A stretch of 32,000 nucleotides of DNA from contig CP178758.1 of assembly GCA_047651235.1 (NCBI GenBank), forward strand, positions 900,001-932,000, in the 5' to 3' direction. Both the position numbers and the translations under genes were made by a program. This document shows positions 31,266-32,000 of this stretch, in pieces. This DNA is from Candidatus Electrothrix yaqonensis. Its GTDB lineage: Bacteria > Desulfobacterota > Desulfobulbia > Desulfobulbales > Desulfobulbaceae. A model generated the notes under the pieces. The model was not told the origin of the DNA, did not search any database, and saw only the letters and a list, made by a program, of their open reading frames with translations. The number at the start of each line of letters is the position of its first letter. Positions within the stretch are counted from its first letter, which is position 1.

Positions 31266-32000
31266 GCGGTAAAAAAAACACATTGGCACACGACGTTCGG
31301 GATAATTCACGTAGTTGAGCAGGAGTACAGACAGCCGGGAAAACGGTACCGGCCGTTCAGCCGAAGTGCCGGAATAACCTGCCGATGCTGCTCGCTGCCT
31401 CTGCAGCGTGCCGTAACAGATTTCGGGGCAGACCATTCCTTTGGTCGGGTTCCTGAAAAACTGAAGGAACATTATGGGATAACATTACCGGTAAGCACTG
31501 TCCGAAATATCACGGAGACTCACGCCCGACACATACATGAAAGACGTCGACAGGAGAGAATTGAAGAATATCCGTCTATAAAGGGACGGGACTTCGTTAT
31601 TGCCGAGACGGACGGCAGCATGGTTCCGATTGTCCTGACGGATACAGATGCCAAGGACCGGCGTAAAGGTAAAAAGCACAGCTGGAAAGAAGCACGCCTG
31701 AGTATAGCTCATGTTCTCGGTGAAAGGACGCTTAAATTCGGAGTTGCATTTCAGGAAAACGTTGACGAGTCGGGAAAGGTTCTCTTTGATTGCGCCTGCC
31801 GTGCGGGATTCGGTCGGGGTACATCTCTGCATTCAGTGGGTGACGGAGCAACGTGGATTTCCGGGCAGGTGAAAAAACAGTTCGGTTCACAGGGACATTA
31901 CCTTGTCGATTTTTATCATGTTTGTGAATACCTGGAGGCTGCTGCACCGGCATGTTCCGGGAAAGACGGAAAAGGATCATGGAGTAAGCAGCAGAAAGAG
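31230..32000 (+). pseudogene. 5'-truncated ISKra4/ISLre2-like DDE transposase; the reading frame stays open to the window edge
   Basis: The frame-0 translation has no usable start codon. It reads ...THWHTTFGIIHVVEQEY...LQRAVTDFGADHSFGRVPEKLKEHYGITLPVSTVRNITE...VIAETDGSMVPIV...WKEARLSIAH...HSVGDGATWISGQVKKQF...YLVDFYHVCEYL. The motifs ETDGSM, W(K/R)EA(K/R)L, GDGAxWI and DFYH are as recalled for this family. Roughly 100 N-terminal aa are missing. Confidence 0.55.

Larger units (their letters stand above)
27980..32000. mobile_element. Accessory island, or remnant of one, abutting the 3' end of tRNA-Pro. The right boundary lies beyond the window.
   Basis: TA module, ~30% GC orphan gene, truncated transposase and long non-coding stretches. 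No integrase gene and no tRNA-derived direct repeat were seen in the window. Confidence 0.5.

Noticed and set aside
27980-32000. Direct repeat of the tRNA-Pro 3' end (attR) and an integrase gene
   Set aside because: I scanned by eye for TCCTCTCGTTCCGACCA-like sequence and for tyrosine or serine recombinase motifs in all frames of 28025-28330 and 29067-29540, and found neither. A computed alignment could still detect a short or degenerate copy.
1-32000. CRISPR arrays, rRNA genes, additional tRNAs
   Set aside because: No spaced direct-repeat arrays were seen. The only tandem repeats are the two coding arrays (105-bp and ~84-bp periods) and the 9-nt triplet. There is no rRNA-like sequence, and only one cloverleaf could be folded.

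Overview
The window reads as a chromosomal segment of an anaerobic Gram-negative bacterium. Flanking GC is roughly 50-58% by hand counts, and the gene content looks like Desulfobacterota, but taxonomy cannot be verified here. All family calls come from motif recognition by eye; no searches were run.

Layout, left to right:
- 1-4164 (minus strand): a TroA/Znu-type metal ABC importer operon. Order is membrane-anchored hypothetical, substrate-binding protein (SBP) with a Met/Gln-rich tandem-repeat tail, ATPase, permease, then a partial secreted protein. An AT-rich palindromic box overlaps its promoter.
- 4292-6280 (minus): a membrane class III nucleotide cyclase fused to TPR repeats and a degenerate HD-GYP domain.
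- 6447-7211: an internally deleted ISAs1-type element with intact 18-bp ends and a 10-bp target duplication.
- 7301-8488 (minus): a conserved hypothetical with a Cys/His/Cys arrangement.
- 8634-11542 (minus): a Ni/Co ECF-type uptake operon (M, L-like, DUF4198/K-like and Q components) with no ATPase gene. A perfect palindrome overlaps its promoter.
- 12008-12193 (plus): a small 2x[4Fe-4S] ferredoxin.
- 12444-13487 (minus): a secreted protein with four 28-aa six-cysteine repeats and a C-terminal region that looks like an 8-strand outer-membrane barrel.
- 13759-18001 (minus): housekeeping genes (M16C peptidase, dtd, rsmE).
- 18417-24872 (plus): a Dpp/Opp-family ABC importer whose SBP is fused to the first permease.
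- 24900-25990: a small AT-rich patch with a membrane protein and a gene split by an in-frame TAG.
- 25997-27700 (plus): a SulP/STAS transporter.
- 27903-27979 (plus): tRNA-Pro(GGG).
- 27980-32000: an accessory island after the tRNA. It holds a HepT/MntA toxin-antitoxin pair bracketed by 31-nt direct repeats, a roughly 30% GC orphan gene (nuclease-like N-terminus, SEC-C C-terminus), and a 5'-truncated ISKra4-like transposase running off the right edge.

The best candidates for something undescribed are the AT-rich orphan gene in the tRNA-Pro island and the Cys-repeat outer-membrane-tethered protein beside the nickel/cobalt uptake genes.
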